Translations under genes and position numbers: made by a program | Shown here: in pieces, positions 54,323 through 63,948 of the stretch | Numbering within the stretch: the first letter of the stretch is position 1 | Layout: each line of letters begins with the position of its first letter | NCBI GenBank assembly: GCA_964247055.1 | Contig: OZ176060.1 | Span: 992,001-1,056,000, forward strand | Source: Paragordius varius | Taxonomy: Eukaryota > Animalia > Nematomorpha | Direction of reading: 5' to 3' | DNA: 64,000 nt | The notes under the pieces: model-generated | What the model was told of the DNA's origin: nothing | The model's database searches: none | Seen by the model: only the letters and a program-made list of their open reading frames with translations

Positions 54323-57300
54323 GTTAGTTTGAAAGAATATTCTAGAAAATTTGAGTAAAATACATAAAAATTGAGAAAATCAGCTGTTTTCGGGAGTTTT
54401 TAGCGAAAAAATTGACAAAATAAAGTAAAAATTGAGTACTTTAAGTTTTTTTTGAAAAATCAGATTGAAATTGACAAAATTCGAAAAAAATGAATCAGCT
54501 GATTATCATTAAAAATAAAGTGTTTCTATAAAAAATAAGTTAGAATTGAGTATTTTGAGGTTTTTTTCCCTAAAAAATGGCTTGGTAGTTCTCAAAGGAC
54601 GTCCCTGTGAAATTGTTGAAATGTCAACCTCTAAAACTGGGAAACATGGACATGCAAAAGTTATTTTCTTAAAAATCAGCTGTTTTCCAAGATTTTTCTG
54701 GAAAAATTGATTAAAAATTGTAAATTGAGAAAAGCAGCTGTTTTCGGGAAGTCTTTATCGAAAAAATTGACAAAATAACTTAAAAATTGAGTATTTTAAG
54801 GGTTTTTTAAAAAAATCTGATTGAAATTGACAACACGAGAAAAAATGGGAAAATCAGCTGATTATCATTAAAAAATGGTTGAAGATAGTTAGAATTGAGT
54901 TTTTTGAGGCTTTTCCTTTTAAAAAATGTATAAAAATGGCTTGGTAGTTCTCAAAGGACGTCCCTGTAAAATTGTTGAAATGTCAACCTCTAAAACTGGG
55001 AAACATGGGCATGCAAAAGTTATTTTCTTAAAAATCAGCTGTTTTTTAAAATATTTTTAGAAAAATTTCATTAAAAATTGTGAAAAAATGGTTTAAAATG
55101 AAGTATTAACTCGTTTTTTTCTGAAAAAATTGATAGATATTGAGAAAATCAGCTGTTTTCCGGAGTTTTTAACTTAAAATGGCTTAATAGTTCATAAAGG
55201 ACGTCCCTGTAAAATTGTGTAAATGTCAACGTCTAAAACTGGGAAACATAGGCATGGAAATGTTAGTTTAGAGATTTTTGAAGAATATTGAATGATTAAA
55301 ACAGCTGATTTGGGGTGTTTTTAACCTTAAAATGGTTAAAAAATTGAAAAAATTGTATATAATCAAGTATTTATTCGTTTTTCGTGGAAAAATTGGATTG
55401 ATATTTAAAAATTGACTAAATTACGAAAAAATCAGCTGATATCTATAATTTTATTTTTTTAGGTTCACTTGGTTGGCATTGATATATTTACTGGGAAAAA
55501 GTATGAAGATATTTGTCCCTCAACACACAATATGGAAGTTCCAAATGTTTCACGCATTGAATATCAGGTGATTTTATGCTATACAAGAGCACAGATGATT
55601 AACGTATTGGGTTAACAACAGCTGTTTTTATTTAAGAATATTTTGTTTTTTAAAAAAATTTTTAAATTTATTTTTTGATAATTTTAATTTTTATTCTTAA
55701 AATTAGCAATTATATATCATGTTTTTAATTTGATATATATTAAGTTTTTTAAAAAATGTCAGCTGTTTTTATTTAAAAATGGTTTTAAGAATAAGGATTA
55801 TTTTTTAAATTTAAAAGTTAATGAACTGTTTTAAGAGTATTTTGAGCAAAATTGAAAACATTGTATTTTAAGCAAACACACTTTATAGTATAAAAGCGGT
55901 TTTATATTTAATTTTAAATATAAATAGTTTTTAATATTTTAAAAGTAAATTTTTATATACGAAAACAACCAGCTGATTAACATTAATATCAGCTGTTTTT
56001 TTAATTTAAAAGTTGAATATCCAAAGTAATTAATAGCTGTTATTATAAAATTGTATTTTCAGTTCATTTCATAAGCGCTTATAAAGAAGCTGTTTTATGT
56101 TTTTTGTGATTTATCAGCTGATTGACATGGATGCAGAAGGCATGAAATTTATTTATTTTAGCATAATAAGTGTGAGTATGAGGTTTAATAAACTTTGTTT
56201 GCTTTTAATATTTATTGTTTTTACTTAATTTAGAGAAAATATAATTAATAATTTGTTATATCATTATCTTTAATTATATAAGCTCTTTAATAAGTATTAG
56301 CTGTTTTGATGTTTTTATGTGATTTAATCAGCTGATCTACATGGATGGAGAAGGTTAAATGAAATTTTTTTTTATTAAAAAGTGTGAGTATGATGTTTAA
56401 TAAACTTTGTTTGTTTTAATATTTTATTTTAGAGGTAACATTTAATTAAATAATTTGATATAAATACCTTCATTAATCTTTCATTATATCAGCTGTTTTA
56501 ATATTTTGTTAATTATCAGCTGTTTATGTTTTTATGTGATTTATCAGCTGATCGACATGGATGGAGAAGGTTACATGACACTCATGGATGAAAAGGGAGA
56601 TACTCGCAGTGATTTGAGGTTTTTTTTATTTTTATAAAAAAATTTTTTTTTATTAAATTTAAATATTGAATTTTTAATCAAATTATGAAATAATTTTAAA
56701 TTTGATTTAATTTTTTTAAAACCATTATTTATATTTGTTAATTTAATAAATAATTTTTTATATATTTATAATTTTTTTTTAAAAAATAATAAAATTCTTT
56801 AATATTTTATAAATTTAAAAAAAAAACTTTTTTTCCTAAATTAAAATAAATATGAATTAATTTTATTTAAATAAAATAATTATTTAAAACAAATAAACAT
56901 AAAATTAAATATAAAATAAATTTAAATTTATGTTTTTTAAAATAGATAAAATAATCAGCTGATATTATCTGTTTTCGTACTTTTATGAATGAATTTAAGC
57001 TGTTTATATGTATTATCTTTCAATTAATACAAATTTTTGAAAGTGATTGATATGCATATCGGTCAGAAATCATATGGTTTGGTGCATTATAACAGCTGTT
57101 TTCCAGCGAAAAATTCCCAACTTTTTAAACTAAAAATAACTTCTTATCAAATCAGCTGATTAGTCATATATAAATATGGACCATATGATTGTATATATAT
57201 CAGCTGTAATCCAGCAAAAAAATAAAACTAGATTTAACTAAAATAAATATAAACTTTTCACTTATCATGAAAATCATGAAATTTTTAGACTATATGGAGC

Positions 57301-57624
57301 TCTAAATCCTGAACTCAAACATATGAGTGAAAATTTTAGGGCTAGCGGTTCAGACATCCTTATGACGGTTCAGAAAGCTATAAACAGCTGTTTTTAGGAC
57401 TTTCTGAACAATTTACCTGCTTATAACTGTTTATAATACATTACTTTAATAAATTTAAATCATTTAATTTGTCTTTTAGACTTGATGGAGCACTTAATCC
57501 TGACCTCAAGAAAGACGTGAGTGAAAAATTTGGGGCTGGAGGTTCAGACCTCCTTATAACGGTTCAAAAAGCTATGGGTTGTGAATGTGCCATCAGTTAT
57601 AAAACCATGTCTTCCAATGCTTAA
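54161..57624 (+). CDS. eIF5A: Eukaryotic translation initiation factor 5A, join(54161..54322,55463..55567,56548..56618,57480..57624), 160 aa
   Basis: The spliced translation is [54 protein letters not shown]|[35 protein letters not shown]|[24 protein letters not shown]|[47 protein letters not shown]. It contains the hypusine loop [12 protein letters not shown] (K49). All three introns are GT-AG with compatible phases (0,0,2). [20 protein letters not shown] is the animal-type wording. Confidence 0.97.
54573..54659 (+). pseudogene. Intronic copy 1 of the eIF5A exon-1 3' half (29 codons + donor)
   Basis: [29 protein letters not shown]|gttatt; 6 differences from 54236-54322. Confidence 0.92.
54932..55018 (+). 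pseudogene. Intronic copy 2 of the eIF5A exon-1 3' half (29 codons + donor)
   Basis: [29 protein letters not shown]|gttatt; 4 differences, all synonymous. Confidence 0.92.
55178..55261 (+). pseudogene. Intronic copy 3 of the eIF5A exon-1 3' half (decayed)
   Basis: [27 protein letters not shown]|gttagt; in-frame stop GAA>TAA. Confidence 0.9.
55463..55567 (+). CDS. eIF5A: eIF5A coding exon 2 (35 codons)
   Basis: ttttttttag|GTT CAC TTG ... TAT CAG|gtgatt. Confidence 0.96.
56118..56182 (+). pseudogene. Intronic copy a of eIF5A exon 3 (both splice sites and phase retained)
   Basis: ttatcag|CTG ATT GAC ATG GAT GCA GAA GGC ... AGT ATG AG|gtttaa; 65 nt versus 71 nt for the real exon, with no stop. 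Confidence 0.8.
56332..56395 (+). pseudogene. Intronic copy b of eIF5A exon 3 (stop-containing)
   Basis: taatcag|CTG ATC TAC ATG GAT GGA GAA GGT TAA. Confidence 0.85.
56548..56618 (+). CDS. eIF5A: eIF5A coding exon 3 (71 nt)
   Basis: ttatcag|CTG ATC GAC ... GAT TTG AG|gttttt. Confidence 0.93.
57289..57397 (+). pseudogene. Intronic copy of eIF5A exon 4 (open frame; possible alternative last exon)
   Basis: tttttag|A CTA TAT GGA GCT CTA AAT CCT GAA ... = (R)[35 protein letters not shown]. Confidence 0.85.
57480..57624 (+). CDS. eIF5A: eIF5A coding exon 4 to stop
   Basis: gtcttttag|A CTT GAT GGA ... AAT GCT TAA; phase matches exon 3. Confidence 0.92.
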
Positions 57625-58659
57625 TCAAGCCTTTACTATCCAGATCAGCTGATGTTAATCAGGTGATCTGACCGCATGTCTAATTGTGCATTCATTCACG
57701 CGAACATGTGTGTGTTTTAATGATTATTGTTAAAAATGTAGTATAAATGCTTAATGTGTATTATTTTATTATGAATGTTTTATTTAATATTTGAGTGAAT
57801 GTAGTTTATATGTTTTACAATCAAATCAAGTTTGAATTACCGTTTTAATTCTTTACATAAAGCATTGTTTCACACAAACATATGATTTTACAAAATAATT
57901 TTTAGATATATTACTTATGGCATCCTTTCACAATAACATATTTGCAAAATAATTTTCGATTTATTATATAATAGCATTCTTCTTAGATATGATTATGATG
58001 GGTATAAATGATTAAAAACAAAATTATTCCCCTTGAATAATAAAATATTTGATTTCAGGCATGAATGATAATGTTTATTATAGTACCCAAAATTTGATAA
58101 TTTGAATCAAATAATTTATAATTTCTTTGTTCTTGAATGTATTTCATGTGTATAAATTCTTTCACGCAAACGATATATATATATATTAATTTGAATATTA
58201 ATGTTTATTTTATATATATATATATATATATATCACAGAAACCATAATTTCTTGTTTAATATATATAAATGTATGTTAGAATCATTATTTTAATTTCTTA
58301 AATCTTTTAAAAATATGTTTCACAGCATGATTCGCATTCATTTACGCAAACACCTGTTTTGTATGAAAATATAAATGCAGACGTTTTTTTTTCTTTAAAT
58401 TAAACAATTTTTTTGGAAAAATTTTTATATATACTCGCTCATTCATTCATAAAAAGTCAATATTATTACATTTATTTGGATATATATAATAAAATTGTAA
58501 ATATGTTTTATGATTTCTTTTTATTTTTTATATATATATATATATATTTCATTAATTTGTTTGGAATTATTCTGTCATATATTTTATAATATTTTCCCAT
58601 TTTAAAATAAATAACAAATAATAATTACCAAATATTTTATATTAAAAAGGTGCATTCAA

Positions 58660-59340
58660 AAATGGCAGACGACTATTTTATAAACATATGTCTATGTTTT
58701 GAAGAGCAGACGATTTGATTTATATTAAAATTGCATCTAATATATTTTGCAGACGATCTTTTCCAAACAACCTTAAATAATCCTTAAAAATAGCAGATGA
58801 CCAAATTCTTATGATGCAGACGATAATTACAAAACTTGTAAAAATAGCAGACGAAAAATTATTGTACTTTTCAGACGATAACTAAGGCAGAAGAAATATT
58901 TTATAAATTTAATTTTTTTCCAGACGAATTTGATTTTTTTATGTAGGCACAGACGATAAATTTTAGTTTTATATGTCGGCAGACGATAACTTGACAAATT
59001 TACAACAAAATACACCATTTTTAATAAATAAAACTATTTTAAGATTTTTTAATTTATAATATATTTATATCCTTTTAGCAGACGATACTTATTACCCGTT
59101 TGTACAACAGACGATTTTATTAAAAAATCTTAAAAAATTGGCTTTTTATATGTTAATTTGTGATTCATAGCAGACGAACAAATATATTTAATCATTTATT
59201 TAGCACACCCCCTCCAACATTAAATTTTTTTTCTAACATTTTTGTTTAAGTATTCATGCCAAACGATATCTTTTTATATAAAAATAAGCAGATGAACATT
59301 TGAACCATAAATTTTAATTTGGCGCATACGAACAATTTAA
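58660..59340 (+). repeat. GCAGACGA motif array downstream of eIF5A (continues at ~61700 beyond the hAT insertion)
   Basis: About 14 CAGACGA/CAGATGA words, starting with AAAAATGGCAGACGAC at ~58658-58673. Confidence 0.82.
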
Positions 59341-59342
59341 AC

Positions 59343-61675
59343 CAGTGGTACTCACCAAAAAAATTTGCCGGGCCAAATAAAATATATATTTTTTTCGAGG
59401 GCCATGAACCTTAAAACGGTAAATATTCCATAGCTATTTGCACATATGCACATATTTATATCTAAATCAGCAAAATGAATTTTTTGCGGATGGCATGTAA
59501 ATCCAAGTAAAAACTCCTTTTTCACCATTTAGTTTAAAAAATAATATTTTAACAATATTTATTTAATATTAACCAATAATCTTTCACAAATTTGGTTCGC
59601 TGACAGGCCAATCTTAATACGTTGTCTATATGATCATCGGTTAAAATTTCTGTATGTATTTTTGGCATACTTCATTTTTGAATACGTCTTCTTACACGTG
59701 TTATTTGAGGGAAAAACAGTTAGGAGCCACTCTACTTATTTTTCTTCTCTACGATTCCCATGAATATAGCTTCCAAATTAGAATCAGTTTTAAAATCTAC
59801 GAATTCTTCAATAATAAACGCCTGAACCGAAATGCTCAAGTTGCTTAAATTTGTTAATATCCATATGCCATGGATTTTCAAAGAGTTTTAAGCAATTGTT
59901 AATATTTTTTAATTCTTGAAATCAAAATTTTATCCTGTTAGATGGAAATGTTAAATGATTGTCTGTTATTGATCCCCACGGTAAATTCCATATTTTCTCT
60001 ATGAATTTAAGTGTTGGAAAATATAGGAGTGTTTTATTTTATAAAAACTTGTTTATATATTATTAATTTTTCTTCAAAGGCAAATATGATTAGCAAATTG
60101 GGTTTTTATTTTTCCTTGAAGACTTGTATTAACAATACTTAGTTTGTGAGCAAGTCGCAAAGGTAGACTAATAAAACCCACCATTTGTCACTATCATCTT
60201 ATCGTCAAACTTTCTGTTATCCTTTATAAATAATAGAATATCATGAAAACAAAAAATCTAATTGATACTTTACTAAAGCTTTGCCATATTACAGCGTGTG
60301 CAAAAGAATATCATCAAATTCACTGTGGATATCTTTCAAAAGGTTTTTAAATTTACGACGGTTGAATTCTCTGCCACGAATGTTGTTAATTATATTCACA
60401 ACCGTTTAAATTACTGAACTGAATGATTCATCTTTTAAACGCGAAATTAAGTTTTACTGATGAATAAAGCAGTGAAACCATAATATATTTTTAAACTGAT
60501 ATTTGTTTTTCAAAAGAGGAATAAAACCTTTGTTTATTTCAATCATAGAGGGTCAGCCATCTTTGCAAATCGAAACCAATTTTTTCATAGATATACCATT
60601 ATTATCGAAAAAAGTGCTAATTATTTCAAGAGAATCACTTCCTTTCGTGGTATTATTCCTTGGTAAGAATTTAAATATTCCTCGTTTATGTTGCCTCACG
60701 AAAAGATTTTACTGAGGTGTTGAATTCAGTGCTAGAATCCATTTTAATTATTAGCTTTTTCAGAGCCAATAATATATTGAAAAATTTATTTAGACATATC
60801 TTCAATGCGTCAAGCACATGTTGAATCAGAAAGTTTAAATTTTTAATTTGCCTCATGTTTATCAATAAAAAGTGCAACCATTTATTAGACATTTTTTTTA
60901 TTATTTGGGAATCAGTAAACGGTTTCATATTTCCTAAAATATAGCGAATTTCATACCAAGCTAATGTTACAGTTTTTTCTTAGGAGAAAGCTATGCCCAT
61001 AATAGATTTTTCTTTCTTGTATAATTTAATATTTCTATATTTTTTCTTTTCTTCCTCATAATTTTCTGGTTATGAAAATGATGGATTGTAAAATGTTTTT
61101 CCATTGATTTTTTATAATTATGTTGTCCTCACATATACGGCAGGTAACAACATTTTTATTTGTAACGACAAAAAATTTTCCCATTTTTTTAAAGGAGCGA
61201 TTTTCATCGGATTATTTACCTTTTTAGCATTAGATGCCATTCTTTGAATTTATGTTAGAATATTATGTAAATTTTTTTCAAATAGGAATAAAATTTGAAT
61301 TATTTTATAAAAAAAAGGTCGAAATTCGATGTTGATATTTTATGTGAATGATTTATAAAAAATGATGCAGGATACCAATGAAAAAAATATGTATATGCAA
61401 GTTTGGGTGAAAGGCTTGCTTAAATGCAAAAAACATTACAAAAAAATTTTAAAATAGAAAAGAAAAAAGAATACAGAAAGGTGGCCAAAATTTTCAAATC
61501 ATTTCTAAGAAAATTTTTCTACTTTCAAATTGGGTATAAAACAAAAATCATTAAAATTAAAATTAAAGAAAATAAATATTGAAATAAGCTAAAAAAAATT
61601 TATGTTTTTAAATATCATAGGGCAATTTTTAGGCAGTCTTAGGGCCGCATGCGGCCCGCGGTTTGAGTATCACTG
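59343..61675 (-). mobile_element. Full-length, decayed hAT DNA transposon of the Buster/Charlie/SPIN group (2333 bp)
   Basis: TIRs are CAGTGGTACTCA (59343-59354) and TGAGTATCACTG (61664-61675), 11/12 matched. A perfect 8-bp TSD ATTTAAAC lies at 59335-59342 and 61676-61683, with the central TA typical of Buster elements. A subterminal GGGCCGCATGCGGCCC palindrome is at ~61642-61657. Confidence 0.93.
59560..61240 (-). pseudogene. hAT (Buster-type; GTF2IRD2/ZBED5/EPM2AIP1-like) transposase pseudogene
   Basis: Minus-strand motifs occur in the expected order across frameshifts and stops: ENRSFKK/WEN, BED finger CRIC..KHFTIH, YEIRYILGNMKPFTDSQIIKK, MDSSTE (degenerate LDESTD), NNTTKGSD, LVSICKDG*PSM, HCFIHQ*N, VVNIINNIRGR, ILLHT/AVIWQS, LQGK, FPTL, FENPW, FPSNNTCKKTYSKMKY, TDDHIDNVLRLA. 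Confidence 0.92.
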
Positions 61676-62612
61676 ATTTAAACCATTATTTTTAAAATAG
61701 CAGACGAACATTTTAAACCCATAAATTTCAAATTTTATCATATTTTTATATAAAATATATTATTTAACTTTTGAAACATTTTTTTTATTTTATATATAAT
61801 ATAAATAATCCTTTACTTTTTATTTCTTATTTTGAATATTATATAAATATTTTATTAATTAATTTTATATTTACAAATATAATTTTTTTTTAAAATCCCT
61901 TTATTTTTTATTTTTAGAAGAAAAAATGAATTTTTAGTTGTAATGAAACAAAATTCTTACAAAAATTAGTAAAAATTTAATAAATTATGATTTTTTTTGA
62001 ATAAAAATTTATTTCTTAATATTTTTGAATAAAAATGACATATTTTATGTCATTATTCAAGATAAAAAAATTAGTAAAAACTAGAAAAATTAGAAAATTT
62101 GCTAGTTTTACAGTTAAAATGAATTATTTAATATTTGTCACTCAAAATTGAGAAATTTAATCAAAAATGAGCAAAAACTAGAAAAATAACTAAAATACCC
62201 ACAAAATATCCATCAAATCTTCAAAAAATCATCAAAAATGTCATTTTTCAAACAAAAATAATCTTCAAAAATATTAATTTTAATGAAAAAATCATCATTT
62301 TCAACAAAAAAATAATCAAAATTAATCAAAAAAATTCAAAAAATTCAAAAAATTATTCAAAAAATAACAATATTCCTCAAAAATAACAATATTTCATTCA
62401 AAAATAACAATTTTCTCCTTTCTTATACATATATATATAATAACAAAAATAACAAACAAAAATAACAAACATCACTCATTTCATCCACATACATATATAA
62501 ATGAGAGAGAGAGTCACTTTCCCCTACAACTACAACAACAATTAAGAGTGATGTGTGTGAGTGATGTGTGTGAGTGGTGGAGTGAGTGGAGAGAGAGAGA
62601 GAGAGAGTGTGT

Positions 62613-62670
62613 ACAACTACACTCACAACAAGAGTGATGACGTCATCACTCTTGTTGTGAGTGTAGTTGT
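62613..62670. other. Perfect 58-bp palindrome centred on TGACGTCA (CRE/ATF-type site)
   Basis: ACAACTACACTCACAACAAGAGTGATGAC|GTCATCACTCTTGTTGTGAGTGTAGTTGT; 29+29 bp with no spacer. Confidence 0.97.
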
Positions 62671-63948
62671 GAGTGATGTATTATTATTATTAGAAGAAGA
62701 AGAAGAGAAGAAGAGAGAGAAGAAGGTTTTGTTGTTGATTCTTGTTGACACAGACACACATACATGATTGAATGAATGAATGAAGAAAATGTTACTCACT
62801 ACTACTACTAAAGAAGAATGAAGAATATTGTTGGAGAAATACTAAATATTCTTGTTTTTTATACTGATTTTTGACTAAAAATGAAGAATTTTGGACATTC
62901 TTACTAAATTTATGAATATTTATAGTTGAAAATGACATTTTTTCTACAATTTTAATGAAAAACAAGATTATTTCTGTGTTAAGATGACAATTTTGACACT
63001 TTTTTTGATAAAAATGAAGAATTTTGGACAATTTAATGAATATTTTTAAATATTTTGTTGAAAATTGACATTTTTAATACTTTTTAAGGTTTTTCTAGTG
63101 AAAATTCATGAATAATTGAGTTAAAATTTGAATAATTAGGAATTTTTATATTAAAATTTGAGTTTTTTTTCTAATTTTTCACTGAAAAAATGAATTTTTA
63201 CTTAAATTTTTGACACAAAAATGAATTTTTAGTTGAAATTTATCAAAAATTATTGAAAAAATGAATAAAATTTCAAAAATTAACACTTTTTTGATAAAAA
63301 AATAATTTTTTTCTCAAAATTCTGAATAAAAATTGACTTTTTTTCAAATTTTACAATAAAAAATGAATATTTTGTCTAATTTTTGATTCAAAAAAGGAAT
63401 TTTTAGTTGAAATTTATCAAAAATTATCAAAAAAATGAATAAAAATGTTAAAATTTTGAATTTTTTCAATATAAATATATTAATTTTTGTATTTTTTTGA
63501 TTAAAAACTAAATTATTCCTACGTAAAAATGAAATTTTAATCAAAAATGAGTAAAAATTGACAAAAAATAAGTAAAATATCCAACAAATTTTCAAAAAAT
63601 GTTCAAAAATGTCATTTATAAACCAAAAAAATGATAAAAAGTAACAAAAATAATTCAAAAATTCAAAAAAATAATCAAAAAAATTAAAAAAATTTAAAAA
63701 AATATTCAATTTCAACAAAAAAAATTCTTAAAATTGTCCTATTATTACACAAAAATAACAATGTTTCATTCAAAAATAACACTTTTCATTCTTCTTCTCT
63801 ATATATATACATATATATAATAACAAAAATAACAAATGACACTCATTTCATCACATATATAAATGAGAGAGAATGAGAGATGCAGCTACAACAACAATTA
63901 CTAGTGTGATGTGTGTGCATGAGTGAGTGGAGAGAGAGAGATGTATAC

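Noticed and set aside
54323-54358. C-terminal [11 protein letters not shown] of the listed 65-aa ORF
   Set aside because: This is intron-1 read-through; the eIF5A sequence continues in exon 2 at 55463.
59980-60100. Matches between satellite A and the transposase (TAAATTCCATATTTT, TTGGAAAAT)
   Set aside because: The matches are AT-rich and not in consistent order, and are much weaker than the B-core match.
59654-60715. Plus-strand ORFs 59654-59848 and 60503-60715
   Set aside because: They are antisense shadows of the minus-strand transposase pseudogene.
59343-61675. The hAT as the autonomous partner of element C (both begin CAGTG)
   Set aside because: The hAT has an 8-bp TSD and TACTCA inner TIR, whereas C has a TA duplication and AAAA inner ends. 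The shared 5-mer is insufficient.
62423-63718. ORFs 62423-62626, 62561-62767, 62792-63031 and 63344-63718
   Set aside because: They are translations of simple repeats and poly-A/T tracts, and the frames are not conserved between the two duplicated units.
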